Below are positions 53,836 to 64,000 of a stretch of 64,000 nt of DNA, piece after piece. A model generated the notes under the pieces. That model did not search any database. It saw nothing but the letters and a program-made list of their open reading frames with translations, and had not been told where the DNA came from. The translations under genes were made by a program, and so were the position numbers. The stretch is from assembly GCA_053919585.1 (NCBI GenBank), contig CM132792.1; one strand, 5' to 3'. Numbering within the stretch: position 1 is the stretch's first letter; every line of letters starts with the position of its first letter. This DNA comes from Euprymna scolopes (lineage: Eukaryota).

Positions 53836-53900
<65 letters not shown>

Positions 53901-53904
<4 letters not shown>

Positions 53905-54137
53905 ATAGCTTCGAGCCCCTAAGGGCATAGGCCATCAACAACTTTGTAGATGCTTTTGTAGCGACTGAGTTCTTTTTTTACGGGGCGAGGGTCCTGGCCC
54001 CACGCCCAACCTTCTCAGAAGGTACATACATCGCCTAGCTTTCCCAAATGGTCACCCATCTAGTACTGGCCAGGCTCAACGTTGCTTAACTTCTGCGATC
54101 TGGCGAGAACCGGTGTGTCAACGTGATTGTGCAGTAC
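53901..54137 (-). mobile_element. 5S rRNA-derived SINE (SINE3-like) with RTE-like body and tail
   Basis: 5S-like head at 54024-54137, then ggttgggcgtgggccaggaccctcgccccgtaaaa and gttgatggcctatgccc. (TA)n on both sides. Confidence 0.8.
54024..54137 (-). pseudogene. 5S rRNA-derived head
   Basis: cacgttgacacaccggttctcgccagatcgcagaagttaagcaacgttgagcctggccagtactagatgggtgaccatttgggaa matches eukaryotic 5S, including box A (AGTTAAGC) and box C (GATGGGTGAC). No T-run terminator. Confidence 0.88.
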
Positions 54138-54214
<77 letters not shown>

Positions 54215-56314
54215 TAGTATATGTTTATATTTTCATAACTTACGTGCAATGTGTATATACATATATATATTAGTGAAATTAATTACCTTATTCATATCTT
54301 TTGTTCATCTCTAGAAAAACATCACGCATAGTTAACGTTGAAGAATATATATATTTTTTAAATATTGTATTACAGCGTTAGAGCAGGTGCGACATGTCGC
54401 TGCTTATTATTCAAGCTGAGAAAACTGCATGAATCTAATGCAAACCTTTTGCATGTTATCTTCAGCTTCCACAGCCTGTCATTTAGTTTGTATGATTCTA
54501 TGTCGTTTTTATTCTTTTTCGATTTGTTTGACGAATTTAAATAAAATATTTCCCCCATGGGGAAACCACATTTATTTAGGATCGCAAGATTACTAACCGT
54601 ACTTGTTGTTAAAGAATCCATGATAATTTGAGTTATACAGAAATGAAAAAAACCACAATAATTTTTGAACGATAAGATCTCGGCAGTATTATTGTATCTT
54701 AAAACATTTGAAATGTTCTATTCCAATATAAACATTCATTAGCTTCATAGTTTCTAAAATAATAATTTCATCGCTCGTCCCAGTAACCATGGCGAGAATA
54801 ATTAGTTACAGGGAAATTGTTGGGAATGTAACGAATGTAAAAAAGTATAAAAAATATGATTGTCCTTAACTTTTTTACATATCAGATGAAAATTCAAGCA
54901 TGTCACGTTTTATTGCCTATCAGCTCATATAATTCAAATAACAAATTCCCTTCCTTATTCATTTTTATTTGTAAAAATAAAGGAATTTCACTGTATTGTT
55001 CTAAATATTTCAAAGTAGTGTTTTAATATGTTGGAAAAAACAAAATCTGTATTAATTGTTTAAATAGCGAGAATGCATGTTTTTTTTATTCATTGCAGGA
55101 ATTTCATAGAATCAGTGTTGAAATGTTTCAGCTTCGTTGTTCAAGAATAAAGTTTTGCTGTTTACAATATTTTACAAAATCAATTTAATTCATACAAAAC
55201 TAAATAAGAGTTTCAACAGTCTTTGATGGTTAAAGGTTTTAACTACCTTAATTCACTAAACTGAAACGAGATATTTTCATTTTTTGAATAAAGTCAGTTT
55301 ATTGCTACTTGACTGAAACACATATAACACATGTTATACTGAAAATTGTATTGCAAGACACATTTATGCGTATATACTTTTGTGTAAGTTTTTTTACACA
55401 GCTTTTCTTCTTATTCTATCACATCAACCCAGTATTCCTTTTCACTATCCTATCACTCATAATATTAATATCTCTCTTTGCTCGTTTGATAGATTTTTAT
55501 ATCAACTACTCAAATAGTCTTCTATTGGTTAAAAGTTTCCCTTTGAAATATTTAACTAAACTATTTATCATAACCTTTTACCTAATCATATTATTCGTTT
55601 GTTTCTTTATTGCTTAGTTATTTTTAACGAGATCTTTTAAGAGCACACTAGTTCATCAAACACGTATTTAGTCACCTGCCTCATTTTCTCTCTTAATGCT
55701 ACTCTCTCGTTGGCGAAAAAAAATTTCAGCCTATTTTGTCTTTTAGGTGTACATCCACTTTTGACGAAATTATGCGAGACAATGACGGTTGATGCTTGAC
55801 CCAACGGGCCAGGAGCATTACTCGTGCCTCCGACATATTCATATATCAACATTATACAACAATTATTGCATTTACCTCTTTGAGCGTCACAATACAGTTT
55901 CACCTCATAATTAAGCATCGACAGTTCTATCTGACGCAAACACTGTTTTTTTTTACTTATTATTTCTATTTCTATTATTTTCGAAGCTTTTGTTTGCAGA
56001 CCAAACCATCAAAAGTCCAGTCACTAACTTCTGATGGTTAGGTTACATTCTATATCCGGAAAATTTGATTCGTTGTCTGATTTCTGTCGACATTTTTTGA
56101 AGAGAGGGTGATACAGCACTTGTTTAACAAAGGTTGAGAATTTGGAATTTTAGTTGGCATTTACTATCTACCACAATTGCAATGCAACCGCTGTGTCACT
56201 TCTCTCTTATAGCGTTTCAGTATCAGGGTCAAGGGATAACACTGTGTTAACGTCAATTATCTTGAGGGTTGAGCAATCTTGCTTGCCATTTATTTTTTAT
56301 TTCTATATTGTTGT

Positions 56315-56465
56315 TTCACCCCAAACAAGGCCCAGGACCACTTGGCCTACTATTTGGGACCAGATTTGCAAAAATACTATTTATGGAGTTGGGCAGCGAG
56401 ATGTCTGTTCATATTACACTTGCATTTCTGCATGTCAGTACAGTCAGGGAAGAAGAGGGCCGTGG
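56315..56465 (-). mobile_element. CR1-group LINE 3' tip (subfamily of 18640-19475)
   Basis: FPDCTDMQKCKCNMNRHL plus a shared 3' UTR motif (caaacaaggc on +). Confidence 0.7.
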
Positions 56466-56699
56466 AAAAAATTCCAATAAAATAGTCTAAAAATGTTTTT
56501 ATTTAAATCAAAGTAACAAAATACCAATAAACAAAAGCAGAGACACGTTTAAAAAAAAACTCGCAAATAAAAAAATATTTATAAGTCGCTCAGAATAGTC
56601 TCTGTTAAAAATGAGCGTATCTTTTTTCAGTTTCTCATAAAAATGCCCTATTTGTATTTATTATATTTAATAATCTATTTTCAGAATGGCAGGATGAAT

Positions 56700-57010
56700 G
56701 GTCGCTTATAAATGACCCATAAGTCTAAAACAAAATTGGAAATAACGTTAGAATTAAACTTATAAAAGAATTAAATGATACTGGTAAATATATAGACTTT
56801 TCAAAATCTAAAGCTTTCTGGTGTAAAAATAAAAAAAATAAAAACTAGTGTTTCTAAGGTATTTAAAAAATACTTATAAGTCATCTTATTAAAGAATGCT
56901 ATTTTCAAAAAGGAAATAAAATATTACTCCAAACGATAGATATCCCAATGGCATTGGATCCTGCAACATTTTTGTCAAATCTGTATTTACATAGACTCGA
57001 GTATATATTT
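56700..57010 (+). pseudogene. Penelope-like reverse transcriptase fragment
   Basis: ECYFQKGNKILLQTIDIPMALDPATFLSNLYL resembles the PLE RT motif QxxGIPMGxxPAPxxANLYL. Confidence 0.7.
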
Positions 57011-57769
57011 TGTAGTGTTATAGGTATAGAGGAGAAAAGAAACGAAAGCAAACAGTAATAAATAAATAAATGAATAAATAAATAACTTCCATTCCTCCTT
57101 CTCCAATCAAACCTAGACCACTACCAAGGACCCCTCTCCCTCACACACGACAACGCTAACAGTCCTATCAAACCCCCTTTCTCACACACAACAGCACCAG
57201 CACCGAGAACCCCACAACCATCTTTAACACCCTGCCTCTTTCTTCCCCTTCGTTCACCCTGCTCCATCTCTTACTGTGTAAAACCACGACCATCGAGAGT
57301 AAGAAGAAGGCCTGTTAACTGAAAAATGCATGCAGGCAATGTAGGTAAGATTTGTCAGACTGTCAGTACTATATGAAGGCCATTTGAAAAAGAGCAATAA
57401 AACATTTTTAAAAAGAAAAAGGAACACAGTTCGATTAATACTGAAACTGAACTTTATTCAATATAAAATATAAATATTATCTATGTAAAATTAAGTAATT
57501 TTAAAGCAATATACAATTTAATACTGATAAAACTGAATTATGAAGTTAGGAAAAAAAGAATTAAAAAACATATTATACACCAACGATGAATAATTTTAAA
57601 AGTGAAAACCATCGATAAATAATTTTAAGAATGAAAACAAACGATAAAATACAAAAAATTGAAATCAAACAAATAATTTAAATACAAACAAAAGTTACAT
57701 GTGAAGAAATATTTTTTAAATTTAATTTAGAGAAAAATCACATGGGTTGAATGTTATTTTTTGGAACTT

Positions 57770-57862
57770 TAGAGATTATTCGGACTAATGTTCTCATCTT
57801 GCGTGTTTATTTCAGAACGTTTTATCATCGAATCTTGACTTCTTTATTACATCCTCAGGCCA
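57770..57862 (-). mobile_element. Single decayed arm of the HHR-armed fold-back family
   Basis: Minus strand cctgagga..aaacgttctgaaataaacacgcaagatgagaacattagtccgaa. A similar arm lies at 1620-1700 on +. Confidence 0.55.
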
Positions 57863-57971
57863 AAAATGATGTTCACATACCTAAAAACATAATTAAAGAA
57901 AACATTCATACTATAATGTAAACTATTGCTAAAATCTAAGAAAAGATAGTAAACAAACATTTACAATAATA

Positions 57972-58172
57972 ATCACAGTGTAGTATCTGTTCTGATGCTA
58001 CACTTCATTTGTTCTGTCCTCGGTCAGTGGAGGAGAAATCCTTCATGATCGAGACAATTTTTATTTTATTTTTGTTCCTATCCAGAGTGCCCCTTTTTGG
58101 GGAGCTAAATTTTCCCACATTAAAAACCGACCTTGTGTCTAACTGTGTCCTCGTGGTGAGGCAAGTAAATAA
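57972..58172 (+). mobile_element. U2-headed SINE-like repeat, second copy
   Basis: atcacagtgtagtatctgttct, then a body with agtggaggagaaatccttca..gagacaatttttattt..gaccttgtgtctaact shared with 46408. Confidence 0.72.
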
Positions 58173-58173
58173 A

Positions 58174-58640
58174 TTAAAAAGAAATATTTTTGACAAATAT
58201 TCTCATGTAAAAATTATTTGTTTATAATTCTAAAAAGAAACAATCAATTTTAATATATAACGCTCAGTCACGGTTAATTTCATTAATAGCCACGAGGTGA
58301 ATAATTTTCAAACCGACTTTAGAAAAAAATATAGAACTTTCAAATATTTGGACATACTCAATGAAAGGTTTTATTTATTATTAAAAAACATTTTGACAAT
58401 TATTCTCATGTAAAAATTATTTCTTTATAATTCTAAAAAAAAAACCAATCAATTTTAATATATGACGCTCAGTCACGGCTAATTTCATTACTAATCACGA
58501 GGTGAATAATTTTCAAACCGACTTTAGAAAAAAATATAGAACTTTCAAATATTTGGACATACTCAATGAAAAGTTTTTTCACTATTAAAAAAAATATTTT
58601 GACAATTATTCTCATGCAAACATTATTTGTTTATAATTTT
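58174..58640. repeat. ~205-bp tandem duplication (2 full copies + 1 partial)
   Basis: ttttgacaa.tattctcatg.aaa begins at ~58187, ~58391 and ~58597. Confidence 0.9.
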
Positions 58641-59069
58641 AAAACCTAAAACAAAATTAAATTAAATTTTCAACCTTCCTGATAGACTTTTTAGCCTTAT
58701 AAGAAAATAAACAGTTAAAAATATCGACATAATATTTGCCGTATTAGCAATAAATAGTATTGTTTCTTTAATTTATATTAATAATGTTATCAAACGTTAT
58801 GAAAGCACTTTAATACAGTTCTAATTCAATACACGTTTAATTATTAACAAATAACATCACTTACTTTACTATATTTGGTTGGAATAAAATGTTCCCTTCT
58901 AATGGCACGTATCCAAATTGAGAAAGTTTAGGATAAGAAAATATATGTACTTTGGGGCCTTTTGGATAATTTCCCCGGCAATTTTGTAACAATGCAAGAA
59001 TACACCATGTTAGACAGCAAACTGAAAACTAGACGAAACTGCTGCTGATAGCCTAGATCATATCCCTAC

Positions 59070-59560
59070 AAGTGAATCTGATAATGACGTCACGCTGTCA
59101 TGTGCATCGGCCTTCTTTACTCTCGGTAGCCGCGGTAAACCCTGATGCGACAAGAAATAGTAACAGCGAAAAAAAAAAAAAAAAAAAAAGAGAGGAGGAG
59201 GACGAGAAAAATCTCTAAGCAGGAGAAACAAAAAGAAACCCAGTTCTTTTTGGGCTGAGACCACGAGGAGAGAAGATGGAAAAATACCTCGCGCCGTTAT
59301 GCGAAAAGGCAATAGAGAAACCAGTGATCAGATATGATGGACGAATCATCTCCATACTTCCGAGGATAAAGCGAAGGACCTTCTTTTGCCGTCTAGCTCA
59401 ACCCCCCCATGAAAAGAAACTTAATATTCAACCGCCAGAAAAAAAAATCGGCGCGGAAATAATGCCCGCATCGAATGATGTAAAATGGCGCACAGCGCGT
59501 ACAAGTTTCGGGTCGACGAGACAACGTCGACGAATTTGAAAGAGACTGTAGAAGGAAATA
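59070..59560. promoter_or_regulatory. CpG-enriched non-repetitive island, possible promoter or first exon
   Basis: Locally high CpG/GC content, TGACGTCA (CRE-like) at ~59085, no TE motif recognised. Confidence 0.3.
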
Positions 59561-59710
59561 TATCTGTGTTCATGAACTTTAAAAAATAATATTCAAAAAA
59601 GGGCAACAAAGAAAAAAAAGGATACGCTGGTCATGCGATATATTCTGTCGACAGTTATGTACCCTATTTTTAATACTCCAGCTCCCAAATCCAACCCCGC
59701 CTCCATCCAT

Positions 59711-59786
<76 letters not shown>

Positions 59787-60301
59787 GACTGCTATTCCAG
59801 AAAGACATTTATGTCATTTCTTTTATCCCTTTTTTTCTTTTGGTTGATTTCATTATTTTTTTTTTGCTTGATTTCTTCTTGCTCGACCTCACCCCAACCC
59901 ATTGAGGCGTTACGTTAAATTTCATATGCATGTTCAATAAAGCCCTTATGATATTTTATCCACATGTTATTGTTCTTGGTTTGCGTTTGAATTGTTCAAG
60001 GTTAAATGAGATATTCATGAATCTTTGACAACGTGTCATCCCAGGGCACGAATCCGCACCCGACGCGCTTTAAATCTTTTTCTTTTCTTTTTATTCAGTG
60101 TTACGAGAACGTAAGGCTGAAGCGCCATTTTAAGGTCGAATATTCTTACCAGGGGGATCACCCCGACTTAGCNNNNNNNNNNNNNNNNNNNNNNNNNNNN
60201 NNNNNNNNNNNNNNNNNNNNNNNNNNNNNNNNNNNNNNNNNNNNNNNNNNNNNNNNNNNNNNNNNNNNNNNNNNNNNNNNNNNNNNNNNNNNNNNNNNNN
60301 N

Positions 60302-61013
60302 GCCCCTATATGGTTGACTATTTTAAAAAACTGATTACATATAATGATAGAAGATGTATCGAGACACAGGAATGGGTATGTAAGATCCGGCAGAACGGTG
60401 GTTCATTAAAATTGTGGGATCTGCATTCGCGCCTGATCCACAAAGTATGGAATAAAAATTTAAAAAATTAAAAAGAAAAAACGTTTACAACTGTTTTTGA
60501 TATAGATGTACATAATAATACTTTGATAAGTATGTTTTAACTTAAATAGGGATGATCTAATTAAATTGTAGGGTCGGCGTTCGCGCCTGGCCTCCATGGA
60601 ATGGAAATAGGCACACACTTTAATAAAGACTTTTCATATCTATCTGCGTAAGTATACTTTGATAATTATGTTTCAGTTTGAATAAATATGGTATAATAAA
60701 ATTATGGGGTTTCATTGGAACCTGGCCTCCATAGAATGGAAATATGTCACAAAGTTTAACAAGGTTTTTAATATAGATCCACAGAATATTGTGATAAGTG
60801 TTTCAGTGTGAACAGGTATGGTACAATAAATTATGGGGTTTATCTATTTTATTTTATTTTTACTTTCATCATATTTTGCTTTGGTTTTGATACCCCCAAA
60901 TTCGAAGATATCTCTTTACAACCCTTCCTTTTCATAACCTGTCATACTTTCATAAATCAGTCCATTTTCTGTGGGCTGTTTTGAACCCAGTCAACGACGG
61001 GTACTTTTGCTAG
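60302..61013 (+). mobile_element. Non-autonomous Helitron family A, copy 4
   Basis: Same body, hairpin and CTAG|T end. 5' end lies in a gap. Confidence 0.85.
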
Positions 61014-61197
61014 TATATATATAATTATATATATGTATATATGTATATATATATATATATATATATCATCACAAATAAAAATGATATATCTAAAACATAA
61101 TTTTCATAGGTGATTATAGATGATCTTATATGTATAAACGATAATGATGAATTCGAAAAACATAAACAATGTCAAGATTCGAAATCTCAACATTCTA

Positions 61198-61639
61198 TTT
61201 ATTGAGATTGTCGGACTGACTTCCTCGTCTTGGTTGTTATAGTCACAACGTTTCGGCCGTTTTGCCCTCCAGCCTTCATCAGGTGTTTTTTTATCGAACT
61301 GGGGAACCGTTTATTAGGAGTCTCGAACCCAACCCTTTATTATTATTACGGGGGTACCGTGTTCGGACTCCAGCTAGGCTCTGGGACATAGTTGCTGATT
61401 CTCTGTTTTTAATGTTACTTTTCACTGCCTTCGTTCAGGATTGAACTCAGCACCTTTGGGTAACTGTAAACTTTGATACAACGTCTAGGACCACTCGGCC
61501 ATATGTCACTAGGACGACTGATGAAGGCCGAAGGGCAAAACGGCCGAAACGTTGTGACTATAACAACCAAGATGAGGAAGTCAGTCCGACAACTTCAATA
61601 AATGAAAACACCTCATCTCAAAAATACAGACAATTACTA
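61198..61639 (-). mobile_element. tRNA-headed element with HHR-like tail, inverted upstream tail copy and 9-bp TSD
   Basis: Arms 61198-61282 and 61518-61602 are inverted. A box TGGCCGAGTGG (61491-61501, minus) and B box GAGTTCAATCC (61438-61448, minus). AACATTCTA at 61189-61197 and 61640-61648. Confidence 0.82.
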
Positions 61640-62188
61640 AACATTCTAGTTTTCTCGTATGAACTTCGAAATAGAAATACTAAATTAACTGATAAACTTG
61701 CGAAACGAAATTGGAATGTAAGTCAGAAACTAATAAATCAATAAGAAAAGGGAAAAAAGATGATAGTACCAAGGTAACACAGGCTCCAGCTCTAATTTTT
61801 AACTATTGGAGATTTTCTGCATAACCTGTGGACCCTATTCATGATAAACCTAAGAAATAAACGCTACTTCAACCCCTACAGAGTTAACTCTTTTTCAGGG
61901 GTTGCTGTGGTGCCCTACTCACGGAAATCTTCCACTTACTATAAAGACCAGGAATATATGCTTGTGTGTCATAATAAAATTACACACAAAGATGCAAACT
62001 TGGTTGTCGAACTGACTTTGTATATTCATAAAATCTAGTCATTCACAGATGCCTATTTCATTATCTATGAATCTTTATAATGGCTAAATGTAGCAAATAC
62101 ATCCACACCGAGAATATAAAAATCTGATGAGCTTTCATATCAATAAGTATCATGACAGTAAACAAACAGTAGAAGAATTATAGTACTA

Positions 62189-62640
62189 CTAGATGATGTA
62201 CCCGGCGTTGGCTGGTATTAAACGCAACGTTAAATTACTTTAAAAAAAATGAAGTAAAATACGGAAAGAAACCGAGGCATGTGCATGCGAGTATTATGCT
62301 TTTCACTTCTTGTAAATACAAAAAAACATCAAAAATCTGTTGAGTATATAGGTTGAGGGTTGTCCGCACATACGCATACATTCTCACTTTTATAGATATA
62401 CTAACAGGGCATTCGGCGCTGCCCTATCGTAAAATACGCATAAATACTATATTGTAATAAGGCAGAATTCTTATATATTATAAACACAAATACCATACAA
62501 GTTTTATTTTAATTAATACAGAAACTGATACATGTGCATGCGAGTATTATGTTTTTTTTATGCAGCTTACTTCTTGCAAATAAAAAAATAATACTCAAGT
62601 TGAAATTGAAAACAAAAACAATAACCATTAGACCAGCTTG
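62189..62640 (-). mobile_element. Head-to-tail Helitron-like short elements
   Basis: CTAG plus hairpin at 62189, the junction ctcacttttatagatatactaa at ~62383-62404, and a similar junction at 63969-63990. Internal duplication catgtgcatgcgagtattatg. Confidence 0.5.
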
Positions 62641-64000
62641 TCACACTCTTTAAAAATTGATTCTCTAGTCAAGGAGAGGGTTTATCGAATATGGACTCTA
62701 AATTAGTTCTTAACCCGCAGATATTCGTGAATGCAAGCTCCAAGGGGAGTGACGAATTGGTTTTGTTTGACTTTACGCCCACATTGGTCGTAATTTTCGA
62801 TTAAACTTTCATTTTATTTTATTCAAAAGTTTCAGTTTTAGGTGCAGATGCTGGACAAAGTGGTTGTGTAGAACACAAGTAGACTATCAATCGACTCTTC
62901 ATCTTTGGATTGGGGCCTCGGGATAACCCACTGCAGATGGGTGCAGGGCCACTTTTCATGCATGACTTGCCACTACAACCATCTCGATATTATACAACTG
63001 ATGATGGAGCAGCCGCTCTAAGCCCTACCAAAATAGTAGGGCCCCTGCACTGTTGGAATACAGCAGTTAGAAAAACTGTTAAACCGGTACCATCAACCCG
63101 TCAGATAAAAATCAACCCAATCTTATTGCATTAGCATACATAGCACTCAAGCACCCCTAATATGCACAGCTTTAGGGGATGGAAAAGGGACAAGAGTGGG
63201 GAGGGCGTTCATTTCCCTAGTCAGGAAACAAGGTCAAACATTGGGTGTTTCTGTCGAGTCCCTGTGATCACATCTATGCACCTGGCTTATAGGCAAAGAA
63301 AGACTATGAAAACCGGGTGTTAGGTAGAGTCTATCTACACATTAAGCAGTTTAAGTTTGCAAACCGATAATTTGTTCGAGTAACCAGCTCTAGGAAGGTC
63401 GTCGACCAGGACTGAAGAGTCATCCCCCTTTATCTAATGCCAAGATGTATGAGGTCCGTAGCACGTTTAGATTCAGAGTTTTCCTTTCCTAGATGGATGA
63501 CTTGAAAGAATCTATGGGTCAATCAGCACCAAGAGGGTTAACTTCACGCCTGGGTTCTAAACCAGATATATCTGCGACCACACATGGGCATTTATGATTA
63601 TTTGAGTTAGTACTAAATGTTATATATTTACTGAAAAGTTACACCCCTCAAAATATTAGGAAAGGATTCTACTATGCTTTCCATTTCATTGTTAATAAAA
63701 AAGAGGAGGTAAGTAAACAAGCATGCGGTGGAAGCATTTACATTTAATTTAAGAAAGGAATTAGTACATGCGCAGTCGTGAAACAGTTTAAACAGATAAA
63801 AATCCGGTGGCCTCCCACGTACTAATTTTTTCAATTTTTATCCCAATTTCTGGATAAAAACCGATGAAAATTTTTTGCACATGTCTGAATATTCTATATA
63901 CCAAATTTCAAGTGTGTTGATCAAAAATTCGTTGAGTGTATAGGTTGATAAGTGTCCTCACACATATTTTCACTTTTATAGAATACTAGCAAGCCACCTG

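Noticed and set aside
54024-54137. Functional 5S rRNA gene
   Set aside because: Diverged ends, no oligo-T terminator, fused to a retroelement-like body, not in an array.
54370-55940. Possible host exons
   Set aside because: No recognisable protein motif or consistent splice-bounded reading frame; neighbouring pieces are LINE debris.
59276-59539. 87-aa plus-strand ORF as a gene
   Set aside because: No recognisable domain, and it contains homopolymer runs. Kept only as part of a low-confidence island.
2444-59918. Many short ORFs with IYIYIY, LSLSLS or X runs
   Set aside because: They are translations of (TA)n/(CT)n microsatellites or N gaps.

Overview
AT-rich, microsatellite-dense eukaryotic DNA from a gapped draft assembly with five N gaps. 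It is most likely an invertebrate animal, but the species cannot be determined from the sequence. I find no convincing host protein-coding gene; the window reads as intergenic or intronic. It is a graveyard of transposable elements: mariner/Tc1 elements (one full-length, one nested set), many CR1-group LINE fragments, RTE- and R4/Dong-like fragments, a decayed Gypsy LTR element, non-autonomous Helitrons, Penelope-like (PLE) GIY-YIG and RT remnants, and several minisatellites. The most interesting layer is non-coding and invisible in the ORF track. It has four parts: (i) a dense set of type I hammerhead-ribozyme (HHR) motifs, several with near-complete cores (7042, 16443, 48111, 53481); (ii) elements joining a tRNA-like Pol III head to an HHR, in two cases with an inverted HHR-bearing tail copy upstream, i.e. 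candidate Penelope-mobilised SINEs/retrozymes; (iii) a three-copy repeat headed by the U2 snRNA branch-point-recognition segment, which is folded into a hairpin in two copies; (iv) a 5S-rRNA-headed SINE with RTE-like body and tail. All family assignments come from motif recognition by eye, not database searches.
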